Shown piece by piece: positions 29,834-39,308 of a stretch of 64,000 nucleotides of DNA. The notes beneath the pieces were generated by a model. The model did no database searches. It saw only the letters and a program-made list of their open reading frames with translations, and had not been told where the DNA came from. Positions within the stretch are counted from its first letter, which is position 1; every line of letters begins with the position of its first letter. This DNA comes from Terriglobia bacterium (GTDB lineage Bacteria; Acidobacteriota; Terriglobia; JAJPHL01; JAPKYU01). The stretch lies in the NCBI GenBank assembly GCA_965223005.1, contig CBDCVK010000010.1, positions 1,019,656-1,083,655 of the forward strand, written 5' to 3'. A program made the translations under genes and the position numbers.

Positions 29834-31909
29834 TCATCTGTCCAGTTTAGGTTTCAGTTGCTCGGTCCGCAGGGTGGCGCCCAATTCTTGTTCCAGGGCG
29901 GCGCCAATTGCCCGGCTCCACTGGTTAACCTCAGAATCCGACAGCGTTTGCTCGAGGCGCTGGAACACCAGCCGCAAGAGCAGGCTGTACTTGCCTTCCG
30001 GCACCGCCTCGCCGCGGAAGATCTCCACCGGCCGAATCTCGGCCAACTCCGGGATGCCCGGCCTTCGCGCAGCCTGCGCTACTTGCTCGAATGTAACACC
30101 GTCAGGAAGCAGCAAGGAAAAGTCCCGATCCACTGACGGCACGCGGGGCAAGGCTTCGTAGCGCGGCCGGCGCAACGGGCGTCCCCAGAGACGGTCCAGG
30201 AATAGTTCCGCCACCAGCACCGGCTGCCGCCACTTACGCGCAGCGGCGATCTTGGGGTGGATTTCTCCGAAACGCGCCACAGTTTCGCCATCCATGATCG
30301 CCTGCGCTGCCCGTCCCGGATGATAATAGTCCACGCCCGCGCCGGAATCAAAAGAAAGCCCGCGCTGCTCAAACCGCTCCAGCAAAGTTTCGACGTCCCC
30401 TTTCAGGTCATAGAAGCCGAGCTCGCGCGCCGGCGCGTGGACCGACGGCTCGTCGGCCGGCCCGGACGCGGCCAGGCACAGCACCGGCGGCTCCTGGTAA
30501 CCCTCGTCGGTTTCCCGGTAGATCTTGCCGATTTCGAACAGCCGGATCCGCCGCTGGCCGCGATTCAGGTTCCACTCCACGGCGTTCAGGGCTCCGGGGA
30601 CACTGGAGGTGCGCAGCACGCTGGCTTCCTCGCTGAGCGGATTCGCCAGGCGTACAGGCCGTTGCCCGGAGAATTGCCCGGCCTCGCGCAGCGAGATCAG
30701 GCTGAAGCAGATGGTTTCACTATAGCCCAACGCGCGTGCGGTTTCCCGCATGGTGCATTCTGCATCCCAGTGGGGCGCGCGACAGGACACCCCGGTCCAG
30801 ACGGGCAGGCGGTTGGAAAAGCGTTGGTAGCCGAAGTGACGCGCCACTTCTTCGATCAGGTCAATTTCGCGCTCTACGTCCAGCCGGAAACTGGGCGGCA
30901 GCGCCGTCCATCCCTCGGTGCCGTCGGCTGGCGCCACTTGGAAGCCGAGACGGCGCAGGATGCGCTCCACCTGTTCGGAAGGGACCGCTTCGCCCAGGAT
31001 GCGGTCCAGTTCGCGCCGGCGCAGAGTGATCGGGGAGCGTGGTTGCCGCGCCGGGTAGACGTCGAGCAGCCCCCGCAGGATCTCCCCACCCGACACGGCC
31101 GAGATCAACTCGGCGGCGCGGTCTGCGGCCAGGCCGGGAATGGCCGGGTCGGCGCCACGCTCAAAGCGGTGACTGGCCTCGGTGTGCATCCCGAACTGTT
31201 TGGCTGTCTTGCGGATCGAACGCGGCTCAAGCCAGGCGCTCTCCAGCAGCACATTGCTGGTGCCCTCACGGATGCCGCTCTCCAATCCGCCCATGACCCC
31301 CGCAATGGCCACCGGACGCTCAGCGTCGGCGATGACCAAGTTGTGGGGCGCCAGCTCGCGTGTCACTTCATCCAGCGTAGTCACGGTTTCGCCGACCCTC
31401 GCGCGCCGAACGATAATCTTGCGCCCGGCCAGCCGATCCAGATCGAAGGCGTGGAGCGGATGCCCCAGCTCCAGCAGCAGGTAATTAGTGACGTCGGTGA
31501 CGTTGTTGATCGGGCGCAACCCGGCTGCTTCCAGTCTTCGAGCCAACCATCCGGGGGATGGACCCACCTTCACGTCCAGGATGACCCTCGCCGAGTAGCG
31601 CGCGCACAAGTCGGCGTCGGCGATTTCCACCGAAGCGAACGAAGCCGCGGACCGCTCGCCCTCCTTCGGCACGGCCTGGTAGGGCTTGAGGTCGCGATCG
31701 TAGATGGCTGAGGCTTCCCGCGCCACCCCGTAGTGATTCATGGCATCGGGGCGGTTGGTGGTGATATCGGTCTCCAGCACCGTCTCACCGTTGTCCGTGC
31801 TGGCGAGGGAATCAATGGCGATGCCGGCCATCGTCAGGTCTTCTGCCAGTTGCCGGTCCTCGACCGGAATGTTCATGAACTCGCGCAGCCAGCTGGAGAC
31901 CAAGAGCAT
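29834..31909 (-). CDS. pheT: Phenylalanine--tRNA ligase beta subunit (short form lacking the N-terminal tRNA-binding domain)
   Basis: 691 aa with B3/4, B5 and FDX-ACB domains. Immediately follows pheS. Confidence 0.9.
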   Translation of the reverse strand: MLLVSSWLREFMNIPVEDRQLAEDLTMAGIAIDSLASTDNGETVLETDITTNRPDAMNHYGVAREASAIYDRDLKPYQAVPKEGERSAASFASVEIADADLCARYSARVILDVKVGPSPGWLARRLEAAGLRPINNVTDVTNYLLLELGHPLHAFDLDRLAGRKIIVRRARVGETVTTLDEVTRELAPHNLVIADAERPVAIAGVMGGLESGIREGTSNVLLESAWLEPRSIRKTAKQFGMHTEASHRFERGADPAIPGLAADRAAELISAVSGGEILRGLLDVYPARQPRSPITLRRRELDRILGEAVPSEQVERILRRLGFQVAPADGTEGWTALPPSFRLDVEREIDLIEEVARHFGYQRFSNRLPVWTGVSCRAPHWDAECTMRETARALGYSETICFSLISLREAGQFSGQRPVRLANPLSEEASVLRTSSVPGALNAVEWNLNRGQRRIRLFEIGKIYRETDEGYQEPPVLCLAASGPADEPSVHAPARELGFYDLKGDVETLLERFEQRGLSFDSGAGVDYYHPGRAAQAIMDGETVARFGEIHPKIAAARKWRQPVLVAELFLDRLWGRPLRRPRYEALPRVPSVDRDFSLLLPDGVTFEQVAQAARRPGIPELAEIRPVEIFRGEAVPEGKYSLLLRLVFQRLEQTLSDSEVNQWSRAIGAALEQELGATLRTEQLKPKLDR

Positions 31910-31996
31910 GGATCGTTAGTCCGGGGCCTAGAGTCCAAGGTCCAAAGCCGCAAGCCGCTCAACCTTGGGCCTTGGACTTTAGACGTTGGACCCTGT

Positions 31997-33088
31997 TTAG
32001 CGGAACTGTCGCAAGAATCTCAAATCCCCCTGGAAGAACAGTTGCAGGTCGTCAATGCCATAGCGGAGCATGGCACACCGTTCGACCCCCATGCCGAAGG
32101 CAAAGCCGGAATATTTCTCGGCGTCATAGTGGACGAAGGGATACAGTGCCGGGTCCACCATGCCGCAACCGAGTAGCTCAATCCAGCCCGAGTGCTTGCA
32201 GAGGCGGCAACCGCGGCCGTCGCAGCCGATGCAGGAGATGTCCACCTCGGCGCTGGGCTCGGTGAAGGGGAAGAAGCTGGGGCGGAAGCGAGTCCGCACG
32301 TGCTCGCCGAAATAGCACTTCAAGAAATGGTCGAGCGTGCCTTTTAGGTCGCAGAAGGTGATGTGAGTATCCACGGCCAGCCCTTCCACCTGGTGAAACA
32401 TGAAGGAGTGCGTGGCGTCGGGAGTATCGCGGCGATAGACCTTGCCCGGGACAATCACTCGCAGCGGGGGTGGCTGCCGCTCCATGGTTCGAATCTGCAC
32501 GGGGGAGGTATGCGTGCGCAGCAGGTAGTCGCCGCTGACGTAGAGTGTGTCTTGTACATCGCGGGCCGGATGGCCGCGCGGGATGTTGAGAGCTTCGAAG
32601 TTGTAGTAGTCGCTCTCGATCTCCGGCCCCACTTCCACCGAGTAACCCATGGAGAAGAAAATCTCCTGGATTTCCTCCAACGCCACCTGGACAGGATGCC
32701 GCGCACCGGGCGTGCGGCGCACGCCCGGCAGGGTGATGTCCAGGCGCTGGGCGGCCGGCAGGGCCGCCTCCTGCGCCGCTTCCAGTTCCCTGCGGCGGGT
32801 TTCCAGCGCCTCCCCAGCGTACTGCTTCAGCTCGTTGAGCAGCCGGCCGACGGAGCGCTTCAGCTTCGGGACCACCGGCTTAAGCCAGTTGTCGTTGGCC
32901 GCAGTCAGAATGCCCCGTTTGCGTCCCAGCCAGCGCACGCGAAACTGCTCACCGTCGTCCGAGGCGGCGAGGTCGCGCAGTTCGCGGTCCATCTGCTCGC
33001 GCAACTTCTGGAAGAGCCGAGCGACTTCGGCTTCCTCGTGCACTCCTAGCTGGTCGAGCTTGCGGCGGACTTGCTCGTCAATTGGCAT
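31997..33088 (-). CDS. pheS: Phenylalanine--tRNA ligase alpha subunit
   Basis: 363 aa with class II aaRS motifs (FRPSFFPFTEPSAEVD, GCGMVDP). Confidence 0.9.
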   Translation of the reverse strand: MPIDEQVRRKLDQLGVHEEAEVARLFQKLREQMDRELRDLAASDDGEQFRVRWLGRKRGILTAANDNWLKPVVPKLKRSVGRLLNELKQYAGEALETRRRELEAAQEAALPAAQRLDITLPGVRRTPGARHPVQVALEEIQEIFFSMGYSVEVGPEIESDYYNFEALNIPRGHPARDVQDTLYVSGDYLLRTHTSPVQIRTMERQPPPLRVIVPGKVYRRDTPDATHSFMFHQVEGLAVDTHITFCDLKGTLDHFLKCYFGEHVRTRFRPSFFPFTEPSAEVDISCIGCDGRGCRLCKHSGWIELLGCGMVDPALYPFVHYDAEKYSGFAFGMGVERCAMLRYGIDDLQLFFQGDLRFLRQFR

Positions 33089-33180
33089 GGAAAATCAGCT
33101 CAGGTGGCATGGAGAATCAGACCAGGAATTTGCTGTGGCCCCTGCCAAGCTGAGGCGCGGGGAAAGCAGGCGTGCCGCGG

Positions 33181-33738
33181 CTAATCCTTGGTGCTACGTT
33201 TGCGAGGCGGCGCGGGTTTTCGCTTGGCCGCCGGAACTTCGCCAACCGACGAGGGTTTTCGCTTGGCTGCCGGAGCTTGGCCAGCCGGCGTGGGTTTTCG
33301 CTTGGCTGCCGGAGCTTGGCCAGCCGGCGCGGGTTTTTGCTCGGCTGCCACGGCTTCGCCAGTAGGCGGTGCTTTTCGCGGTGCTGCCAGAGCAGTGCGG
33401 GCTTGCTCGGCAAGCGTGGCAAAGCCGGGAGCATCCCGAACTGCCAGGTCGGCCAGAATCTTGCGATCCAGTTCCACCCCGGCCAGTTTCAGGCCGTGGA
33501 TGAACTGGTTATACGTAAGTTGATGCTGGCGGGCAGCGGCTCCAATGCGGACGATCCACAAGGAGCGGAATTGCCTCTTCCGCTGGCGGCGGTCCCGGTA
33601 CGCATACCGCAGTCCCTTTTCCACCTGCAGCCGGGCCGCCCTGAAGAGTTTGGACTTCGTGAGGAAATATCCGGAGGCCCGCTCGAGGATCTTCTTGCGC
33701 CTCTGCCGGCGCTTGCTTCCTCTTTTTACTCTGGGCAC
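33181..33738 (-). CDS. rplT: 50S ribosomal protein L20 with a ~65-aa Lys/Ala/Pro-rich C-terminal repeat extension
   Basis: [24 protein letters not shown]... is canonical L20. The tail has about four [13 protein letters not shown] 13-aa repeats, encoded by a 39-nt tandem array. Confidence 0.9.
   Translation of the reverse strand: MPRVKRGSKRRQRRKKILERASGYFLTKSKLFRAARLQVEKGLRYAYRDRRQRKRQFRSLWIVRIGAAARQHQLTYNQFIHGLKLAGVELDRKILADLAVRDAPGFATLAEQARTALAAPRKAPPTGEAVAAEQKPAPAGQAPAAKRKPTPAGQAPAAKRKPSSVGEVPAAKRKPAPPRKRSTKD
33213..33370. repeat. 39-nt tandem array (~4 copies) encoding 13-aa repeats in the rplT tail
   Basis: gggttttcgcttggctgccggagcttggccagccggcg(t/c)g repeats with period 39, starting at 33213, 33252, 33291 and 33330. 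Confidence 0.85.
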
Positions 33739-33759
33739 TGGGTTGCTCCTTTTGACTGT

Positions 33760-33954
33760 CTACTGCCCAAGCATGCGCGCCACGCGTTTGGCCTCAGCTC
33801 CCTCGACCAGCACTGCCGTTCCCAGCTTGCGCTTCCGCTTGCGCGATTTCTTGCTCAAGATATGACGCGCAAAGGCGTGGCGCCGCACCACCTTGCCGGT
33901 TGCAGTCTTCTTGAAGCGCTTACGAGCGCCCCGATGCGATTTCAATTTCGGCAC
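33760..33954 (-). CDS. rpmI: 50S ribosomal protein L35
   Basis: [25 protein letters not shown]... Confidence 0.9.
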   Translation of the reverse strand: MPKLKSHRGARKRFKKTATGKVVRRHAFARHILSKKSRKRKRKLGTAVLVEGAEAKRVARMLGQ

Positions 33955-34056
33955 CTACACACCTCAATCGGTTAGGGTGATGAGTTCAACGAGCAATGAG
34001 TGAAACCCGATGGCGTGCCGAGCCTGCCTTAACTCATGACTCTTCACTCAAACTGT

Positions 34057-34623
34057 TTAACTCTTAACCTGCCCGGCAGACTCGGAGGATTGCGGCCGGG
34101 ACTGCTGCGCCTGCTTTTTCGGGGCCAGAATCGCGATGATGGTATGCCCTTCCATGCGCCCGCGACTCTCGACCATACCCAGGCCCGAGATGTCCTGAAT
34201 CAAGCGCTCCAACACCTGCCGTCCGATGTTGGAGTGGGTGATCTCGCGACCGCGAAACACGATGACCACCTTGACCTTGTCCCCTTCCGTGAGAAAGCGC
34301 GCGACATGGTTCTTCTTGAACTGGTAATCGTGCTCATCCACGTTGGGCCGGAACTTGACTTCCTTGACCACCACATGATGCTGGCGCTTGCGAGCCTCGT
34401 GTGCGCGCTTGCTCTCCTGGTAGAGGAACTTGCCGTGGTCCATGATCCTGCACACGGGCGGCTGTGCAGTGGCCGAAATCTCTACCAGATCCAGGCGCTG
34501 CTGGCGGGCGATCTTGATTGCCTCGCTGGGAGGCATGATGCCCAATTGCTCCCCGGAATCGGAAATGACGCGTACCTCACGGGCACGGATGCGCTCGTTG
34601 ATACGGTTCGGGCGTTGGGCGAT
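34057..34623 (-). CDS. infC: Translation initiation factor IF-3, probably starting at a non-AUG AUC codon
   Basis: Extending the track ORF upstream in frame gives I-AQRPNRINERIRAREVRVISDSGEQLGIMPPSEAIKIARQQRLDLVEIS, matching the conserved IF3 N-terminus. The reading frame opens right after an in-frame TAA. The only plausible start is ATC at rc 34621-34623, 6 nt after aaggagg. Confidence 0.8.
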   Translation of the reverse strand: MAQRPNRINERIRAREVRVISDSGEQLGIMPPSEAIKIARQQRLDLVEISATAQPPVCRIMDHGKFLYQESKRAHEARKRQHHVVVKEVKFRPNVDEHDYQFKKNHVARFLTEGDKVKVVIVFRGREITHSNIGRQVLERLIQDISGLGMVESRGRMEGHTIIAILAPKKQAQQSRPQSSESAGQVKS

Positions 34624-34697
34624 AAAAATCCTCCTTTACTAACCGTGGAAACAGGGATTCCTGCGCTGGCCGGCCGCGGCCGCCCCCAGGGAAGCCG

Positions 34698-34706
34698 ACA
34701 GTATAG
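34698..34706 (-). promoter_or_regulatory. Extended -10 element TGCTATACT upstream of infC (inside the thrS-infC spacer)
   Basis: rc of agtatagca, about 75 nt upstream of the AUC start. Confidence 0.35.
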
Positions 34707-34777
34707 CACAGCGCGACTTCGCTGGGCGGGGATGGAAACAGTTGTTTTCTTCCACTGTTTTCATCCGGCGGGCGTTC

Positions 34778-36718
34778 TCATTCTGCTGGAACCTTGCGCT
34801 CGACCAGCTCCTGTGTCTCGGCGATGAACTGCTCCAGGCTGCGGCTGCCCAGGTCGCCGTGCCGCCGGTTCCGGACGCTGACGGTGCCCTCCCGCGCCTC
34901 CCGGTCGCCCACCACCAGCATATAGGGGACCTTCTGCAGCTGCGCCTCCCGAATCTTGAAGCTCACCTTCTCGTTTCGCTCATCGGGACGGGCGCGTAGC
35001 CCGGCCTCCTTCAGGCGGGCCGCCACCCGCCGGCCGTAGTCGTGGTGCCGGTCGCTGATGGGCAGCACCACAGCCTGCACCGGGGCCAGCCACAGCGGGA
35101 ACGCCCCGGCGTAGTGTTCCAGTAGCACGCCGAAGAAGCGCTCCACCGCCCCGTACAGGGCACGGTGCACCATCAGCGGCTGGTGCGGCTTGCCATCCTC
35201 AGCGATGTACTCGAGCCCGAAGCGGTGGGGCAGCGTAAAGTCAAACTGGATGGTGCTGAGCTGCCACGGGCGGCCCAGCGCGTCCAGCAGCTTCAGGTCA
35301 ATCTTGGGGCCGTAAAAGGCAGCCTCGTCGTGCATGATCTGGACGGAGATGCCACGCTCCTCTAGTGCCTGGCGCAACGCGGTTTCCGCCAGACGCCACT
35401 GCTCGGGGGTGCCGTCGTACTTACCCGAGGCGCCGTCATCCCAGGTGGACAGCTCCACCTGGTAGCGTTCGAAGCCGAAGGTATCGAGCACGTGGAGCGC
35501 GAAATCCAGGCAACCCACCACTTCGTCTTTGATCTGCTCCGGAGTGCAAAAGATGTGCGCGTCGTCCTGGGTGAAGCCGCGGACGCGGAGCAGCCCGTGC
35601 ATCACTCCGCTGCGCTCGTAGCGGTAGACCGTTCCCAACTCGCCGAACCGGACCGGCAACTCGCGGTAACTGCGCAGTCGATCCTGGTAGATGAGGATGT
35701 GGAAGGGGCAGTTCATCGGCCGGAGCTGGTACTGGGCGTCCTCCAGCTCCATCGGGATGAACATGTTCTGGGCGTAGAAGTTGGTGTGCCCGCTCTTCTT
35801 CCACAGGTCCAGCCGGGCCACGTGCGGCGTGTACACCAGGTCATAGCCATGCTTCAGATACTCGTCCCGCATCCAATCTTCCATGATCTTGCGGACCAGG
35901 CTGCCCTTGGGATGCCAGAAGATCAGTCCTGGCCCGGCGGCCTCCTGGACGCTGAACAGGTCCAGCTCGCGTCCCAGCTTGCGGTGGTCTCGCCGGCGGG
36001 CCTCCTCCAGCCTGGCCAGATACTGTTCCAGCTCCTTGCGGGTGTAGAAGCTGGTCCCGTAGATGCGCTGCATCTGAGGGTTGTGCTCGTCGCCCTTCCA
36101 GTAGGCGCCGGCAACGGACAGCAGCTTGAAGGCCTTGATCTTGCCGGTCGAGGGAATGTGCGGCCCGCGGCAGAAATCAATGAAGTTCGGCCCCAACGTG
36201 TAGCAAGAAAACACATCTTCGGCCTTCTCATTGATCAGCTCGCACTTCATCTGCTCGCCCATCCCTGCAAATTTCTTCAGACCCTCTTGCTTGGGGAATA
36301 GCAACCGGTCGTAGGGGAGATCCTTCTCGACCAGTTCCTGCATCTTCTTCTCGATCCGCTCCAGGTCCTGCTCGGTGAAGCGCTCGGAACGCTGGAAATC
36401 ATAGAAGAATCCGGTGTCGGTGGGCGGGCCGATGCCCAGTTTGGTTTCCGGGAACAATTCCAGCACGGCGGCGGCCAGCAGGTGGGCGCTCGAATGGCGG
36501 TAGACTTCCAGTGCCTCTGGGTCTTTCTCGGTCAGGATTCGAAGCCGGGTATCCTGCTCCAGCGGGCGCTTCAGCTCTACCAGATTCCCGTTGACCTGGG
36601 CCACCAGCGCGGCCTGAGCCAGCCGTGGGCCCAGCGAGCGGGCTACCTCCAGAGGGGTAGTGCCCTTTTCGCAATCCTGCCCACTGCCGTCGGGGAGAGT
36701 AACCTTGATCGTCGCCAT
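34778..36718 (-). CDS. thrS: Threonine--tRNA ligase
   Basis: 646 aa with TGS, editing and class II catalytic domains plus an anticodon-binding domain. Confidence 0.9.
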   Translation of the reverse strand: MATIKVTLPDGSGQDCEKGTTPLEVARSLGPRLAQAALVAQVNGNLVELKRPLEQDTRLRILTEKDPEALEVYRHSSAHLLAAAVLELFPETKLGIGPPTDTGFFYDFQRSERFTEQDLERIEKKMQELVEKDLPYDRLLFPKQEGLKKFAGMGEQMKCELINEKAEDVFSCYTLGPNFIDFCRGPHIPSTGKIKAFKLLSVAGAYWKGDEHNPQMQRIYGTSFYTRKELEQYLARLEEARRRDHRKLGRELDLFSVQEAAGPGLIFWHPKGSLVRKIMEDWMRDEYLKHGYDLVYTPHVARLDLWKKSGHTNFYAQNMFIPMELEDAQYQLRPMNCPFHILIYQDRLRSYRELPVRFGELGTVYRYERSGVMHGLLRVRGFTQDDAHIFCTPEQIKDEVVGCLDFALHVLDTFGFERYQVELSTWDDGASGKYDGTPEQWRLAETALRQALEERGISVQIMHDEAAFYGPKIDLKLLDALGRPWQLSTIQFDFTLPHRFGLEYIAEDGKPHQPLMVHRALYGAVERFFGVLLEHYAGAFPLWLAPVQAVVLPISDRHHDYGRRVAARLKEAGLRARPDERNEKVSFKIREAQLQKVPYMLVVGDREAREGTVSVRNRRHGDLGSRSLEQFIAETQELVERKVPAE

Positions 36719-36861
36719 GTCCGATTCGTCTGAATGCGCGTAAGCCCCTTAAGGTATCAAAGATCGCCTGGCATGCGAAGTAGGAGGCACCCGCCGCCGG
36801 CGCTTCCGATCGGCATTGGCCAGGTATGATATAAGCTCCACGTTGCCGGCCTGAGCGTTCT

Positions 36862-38418
36862 ATGTTTCGGAAAGTGTTGATTGCTAATCGTGGCGAGATC
36901 GCGGTGCGCATCCTCCGCGCCTGCCGGGAGATGGGTATCGCAACCGTAGCCGTCTACTCGGAAGTGGACCGCGCGTCGCTTCACGTGCTGCGCGCCGACG
37001 AGGCCTACTCCATCGGCCCGGCGGCGGCCCCGGAAAGCTATCTGCGAATTGACCGCATCCTGGAGGTAGCCAAGCGGTCCGGCGCCGAGGCCGTCCATCC
37101 CGGCTACGGGTTCCTGGCCGAGAATCCGGAGCTGGCGCGAGCTTGCGAAGCGAGCGACATCGCGCTGGTTGGCCCTAGCTCGGCGGCCATGGATCTGATG
37201 GGCTCCAAGACGCGCTCCCGCCAAGCGATGAAGGCCGCTGGCGTCCCGGTGGTGCCCGGCACCCACTCGAGCGTGGAATCCACCGAGCAGGCGGCGTCCG
37301 TGGCTGCTGAGCTGGGCTACCCGGTGATGGTGAAAGCGGCGGGCGGCGGCGGCGGCAAGGGCATGCGTCTGGTTCAAGACGCTGCCGGATTGCCCGCGGC
37401 CTTCCGTGATGCGCGCTCGGAAGCGTTGAACGCCTTCAATGATGCGGAAGTGTACCTGGAGAAGTACCTGGAACGGCCGCGCCACATTGAAATTCAGGTG
37501 CTGGGCGACCTGCACAGCAATCTCGTGTATTTGGGCGAGCGCGAGTGCTCCATCCAGCGCCGCCACCAGAAGCTGGTGGAGGAATCCCCTTCCCCGCTCG
37601 TGGACGAGCCGCTGCGCAGGCGAATGGGGGAAGCGGCAGTCCGGGCGGCGCGTGCCGCCGACTACTGGAACGCCGGCACGGTGGAATTCCTGGTGGACCG
37701 CAATCGCAATTTTTATTTTCTTGAGATGAACACCCGGCTCCAGGTGGAGCACCCGGTCACAGAGATGGTTACCGGACTGGACCTGGTGAAGCTGCAACTG
37801 GCGGTAGCGGCCGGCGAGCCGCTCCCGTTTACCCAGAAACAGGTGCTGGCCGGACGGCATGGCGCGGCGCTCGAATGCCGGATTTACGCCGAAGACCCCG
37901 ACAATCAGTTCTTTCCTTCTCCCGGCATGATCACCGAGCTGGTCGCTCCGGGCGGGCCGGGGGTGCGCGAGGATAGCGGCGTCTACCCCGGCTGGACGGT
38001 ACCGGTCGAGTACGACTCACTCATCGCCAAGCTCATCACCTGGGGCCGTGACCGCGGTGAAGCCATCCAGCGCATGCGCCGCGCCCTGGACGAATATTTC
38101 ATCGCGGGCATCAAGACCACCATTCCGTTTTTCAAGCGCCTGCTGGAAAATCGGGAGTTCGTGGCTGGCGAGTTGGATACCGGCCTGCTGGACCGGCTGC
38201 AGGCGGCCGCGCCGACCTCCGATCCAGGCAGGACTGCGGACCTTGCCGATATCGCCCTGATCGGTGCCGCGCTCTATGCCGCCGGGCGCAACAGTCGCGG
38301 GAATGGGCAAGGGCAAGGGAATACGTCACAGCGGGATTCGGGGTCGCGGACGAGCGCCTGGAGGCAACAAGGCCGACATGAGCTCATGCGCATCCCGGTT
38401 TTCAGATCGCGCAAGTAA
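36862..38418 (+). CDS. accC: Biotin carboxylase (AccC-type) with a ~70-aa disordered C-terminal extension
   Basis: MFRKVLIANRGEIAVRI... ATP-grasp fold, GGGGKGMR. No BCCP or carboxyltransferase gene adjacent. Confidence 0.85.
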   Translation: MFRKVLIANRGEIAVRILRACREMGIATVAVYSEVDRASLHVLRADEAYSIGPAAAPESYLRIDRILEVAKRSGAEAVHPGYGFLAENPELARACEASDIALVGPSSAAMDLMGSKTRSRQAMKAAGVPVVPGTHSSVESTEQAASVAAELGYPVMVKAAGGGGGKGMRLVQDAAGLPAAFRDARSEALNAFNDAEVYLEKYLERPRHIEIQVLGDLHSNLVYLGERECSIQRRHQKLVEESPSPLVDEPLRRRMGEAAVRAARAADYWNAGTVEFLVDRNRNFYFLEMNTRLQVEHPVTEMVTGLDLVKLQLAVAAGEPLPFTQKQVLAGRHGAALECRIYAEDPDNQFFPSPGMITELVAPGGPGVREDSGVYPGWTVPVEYDSLIAKLITWGRDRGEAIQRMRRALDEYFIAGIKTTIPFFKRLLENREFVAGELDTGLLDRLQAAAPTSDPGRTADLADIALIGAALYAAGRNSRGNGQGQGNTSQRDSGSRTSAWRQQGRHELMRIPVFRSRK

Positions 38419-38441
38419 AGCTCCGTCGTCGGTTTCTCTCT

Positions 38442-39203
38442 ATGGCTCCTGAAAGTTCTTCTCTGAAGGGGCGGGTGGCGGTGGTGACCGGAGCCAGCCG
38501 CGGGCTGGGCAAAGCTATGGCTGCAGCGCTGGCCGAAGCCAACGCCTCGGTGGTGCTGGTCAGCCGAGACCTCCAGACGCTGGAAAGAGTGGCGGGCGAA
38601 CTGGCCGGCGGCGCGCGCCACCTCTGCTGCGCGGCCGACGTCGGGGACCCGGCCGGTGTGGACACGCTGGCCTCCCGCGTGCTGAACGAATTTGGCCGCG
38701 CCGACATCTTGATTAACAACGCCGGGACCGTTAGTCGCAAGACGCTCGAAGAATCTCCTTTCGAGGAGTGGCGGTCGGTCATCACCACAAACCTGTTCGG
38801 CCCCATGCTTTGCTCGAAAGCCTTCCTGGCGCCAATGGTCCGGCAGTCTTATGGGCGCATCCTGAACATTGCCTCCATCATGGCTCACATCGCAATGCCT
38901 GGACGCACCGCCTACTGCGCCAGTAAAGGTGGGTTGGTGGCGATGGCGCGGTCGCTCGCTCTTGAGTTAGCCCCACACGGCATCACCGTGAACAGCATCA
39001 GCCCAGGCCCGTTTGTCACTGAAATGACCCAGCCGCTGCGGGAGGACGCAGTTAAGAACCAGGAGTTTGTCAGCAAGATTCCGCTGGGGCGCTGGGGCCG
39101 GGGAGGCGACATCGGCCCTCTAGTCGTGTACATGGCCTCCGAGGCCTCCGGCTTCATCACCGGCACCGACATCGTGATTGACGGCGGCTGGACAGCTAAC
39201 TAG
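38442..39203 (+). CDS. SDR-family oxidoreductase (FabG-like)
   Basis: TGASRGLG...NNAG...Y..SK catalytic tetrad pattern. Confidence 0.8.
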   Translation: MAPESSSLKGRVAVVTGASRGLGKAMAAALAEANASVVLVSRDLQTLERVAGELAGGARHLCCAADVGDPAGVDTLASRVLNEFGRADILINNAGTVSRKTLEESPFEEWRSVITTNLFGPMLCSKAFLAPMVRQSYGRILNIASIMAHIAMPGRTAYCASKGGLVAMARSLALELAPHGITVNSISPGPFVTEMTQPLREDAVKNQEFVSKIPLGRWGRGGDIGPLVVYMASEASGFITGTDIVIDGGWTAN

Positions 39204-39308
39204 CGGCCCGCTCATAGCTTGCAGTCACCCGCGCGGAACGCCTGCTGGAGAGCTACGAGCCACAAGCTGCCGCCCACGGCGTGCAAGCTACGAACCACAG
39301 GCCACAAG

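Noticed and set aside
34700-34760. Hairpin between thrS and infC as an intrinsic terminator
   Set aside because: A stem can be drawn (GGAUG/AAACAGU...ACUGUUU/CAUCC) but it is not followed by a U tract. It is more likely a processing or attenuation structure, or coincidental.
36719-36861. Possible T-box or operator-type leader for thrS in the thrS-accC intergenic region
   Set aside because: Only 143 nt, shared with a divergent gene. No T-box consensus (AGGGTGGNACCGCG) or tRNA-Thr anticodon-arm mimic was seen.
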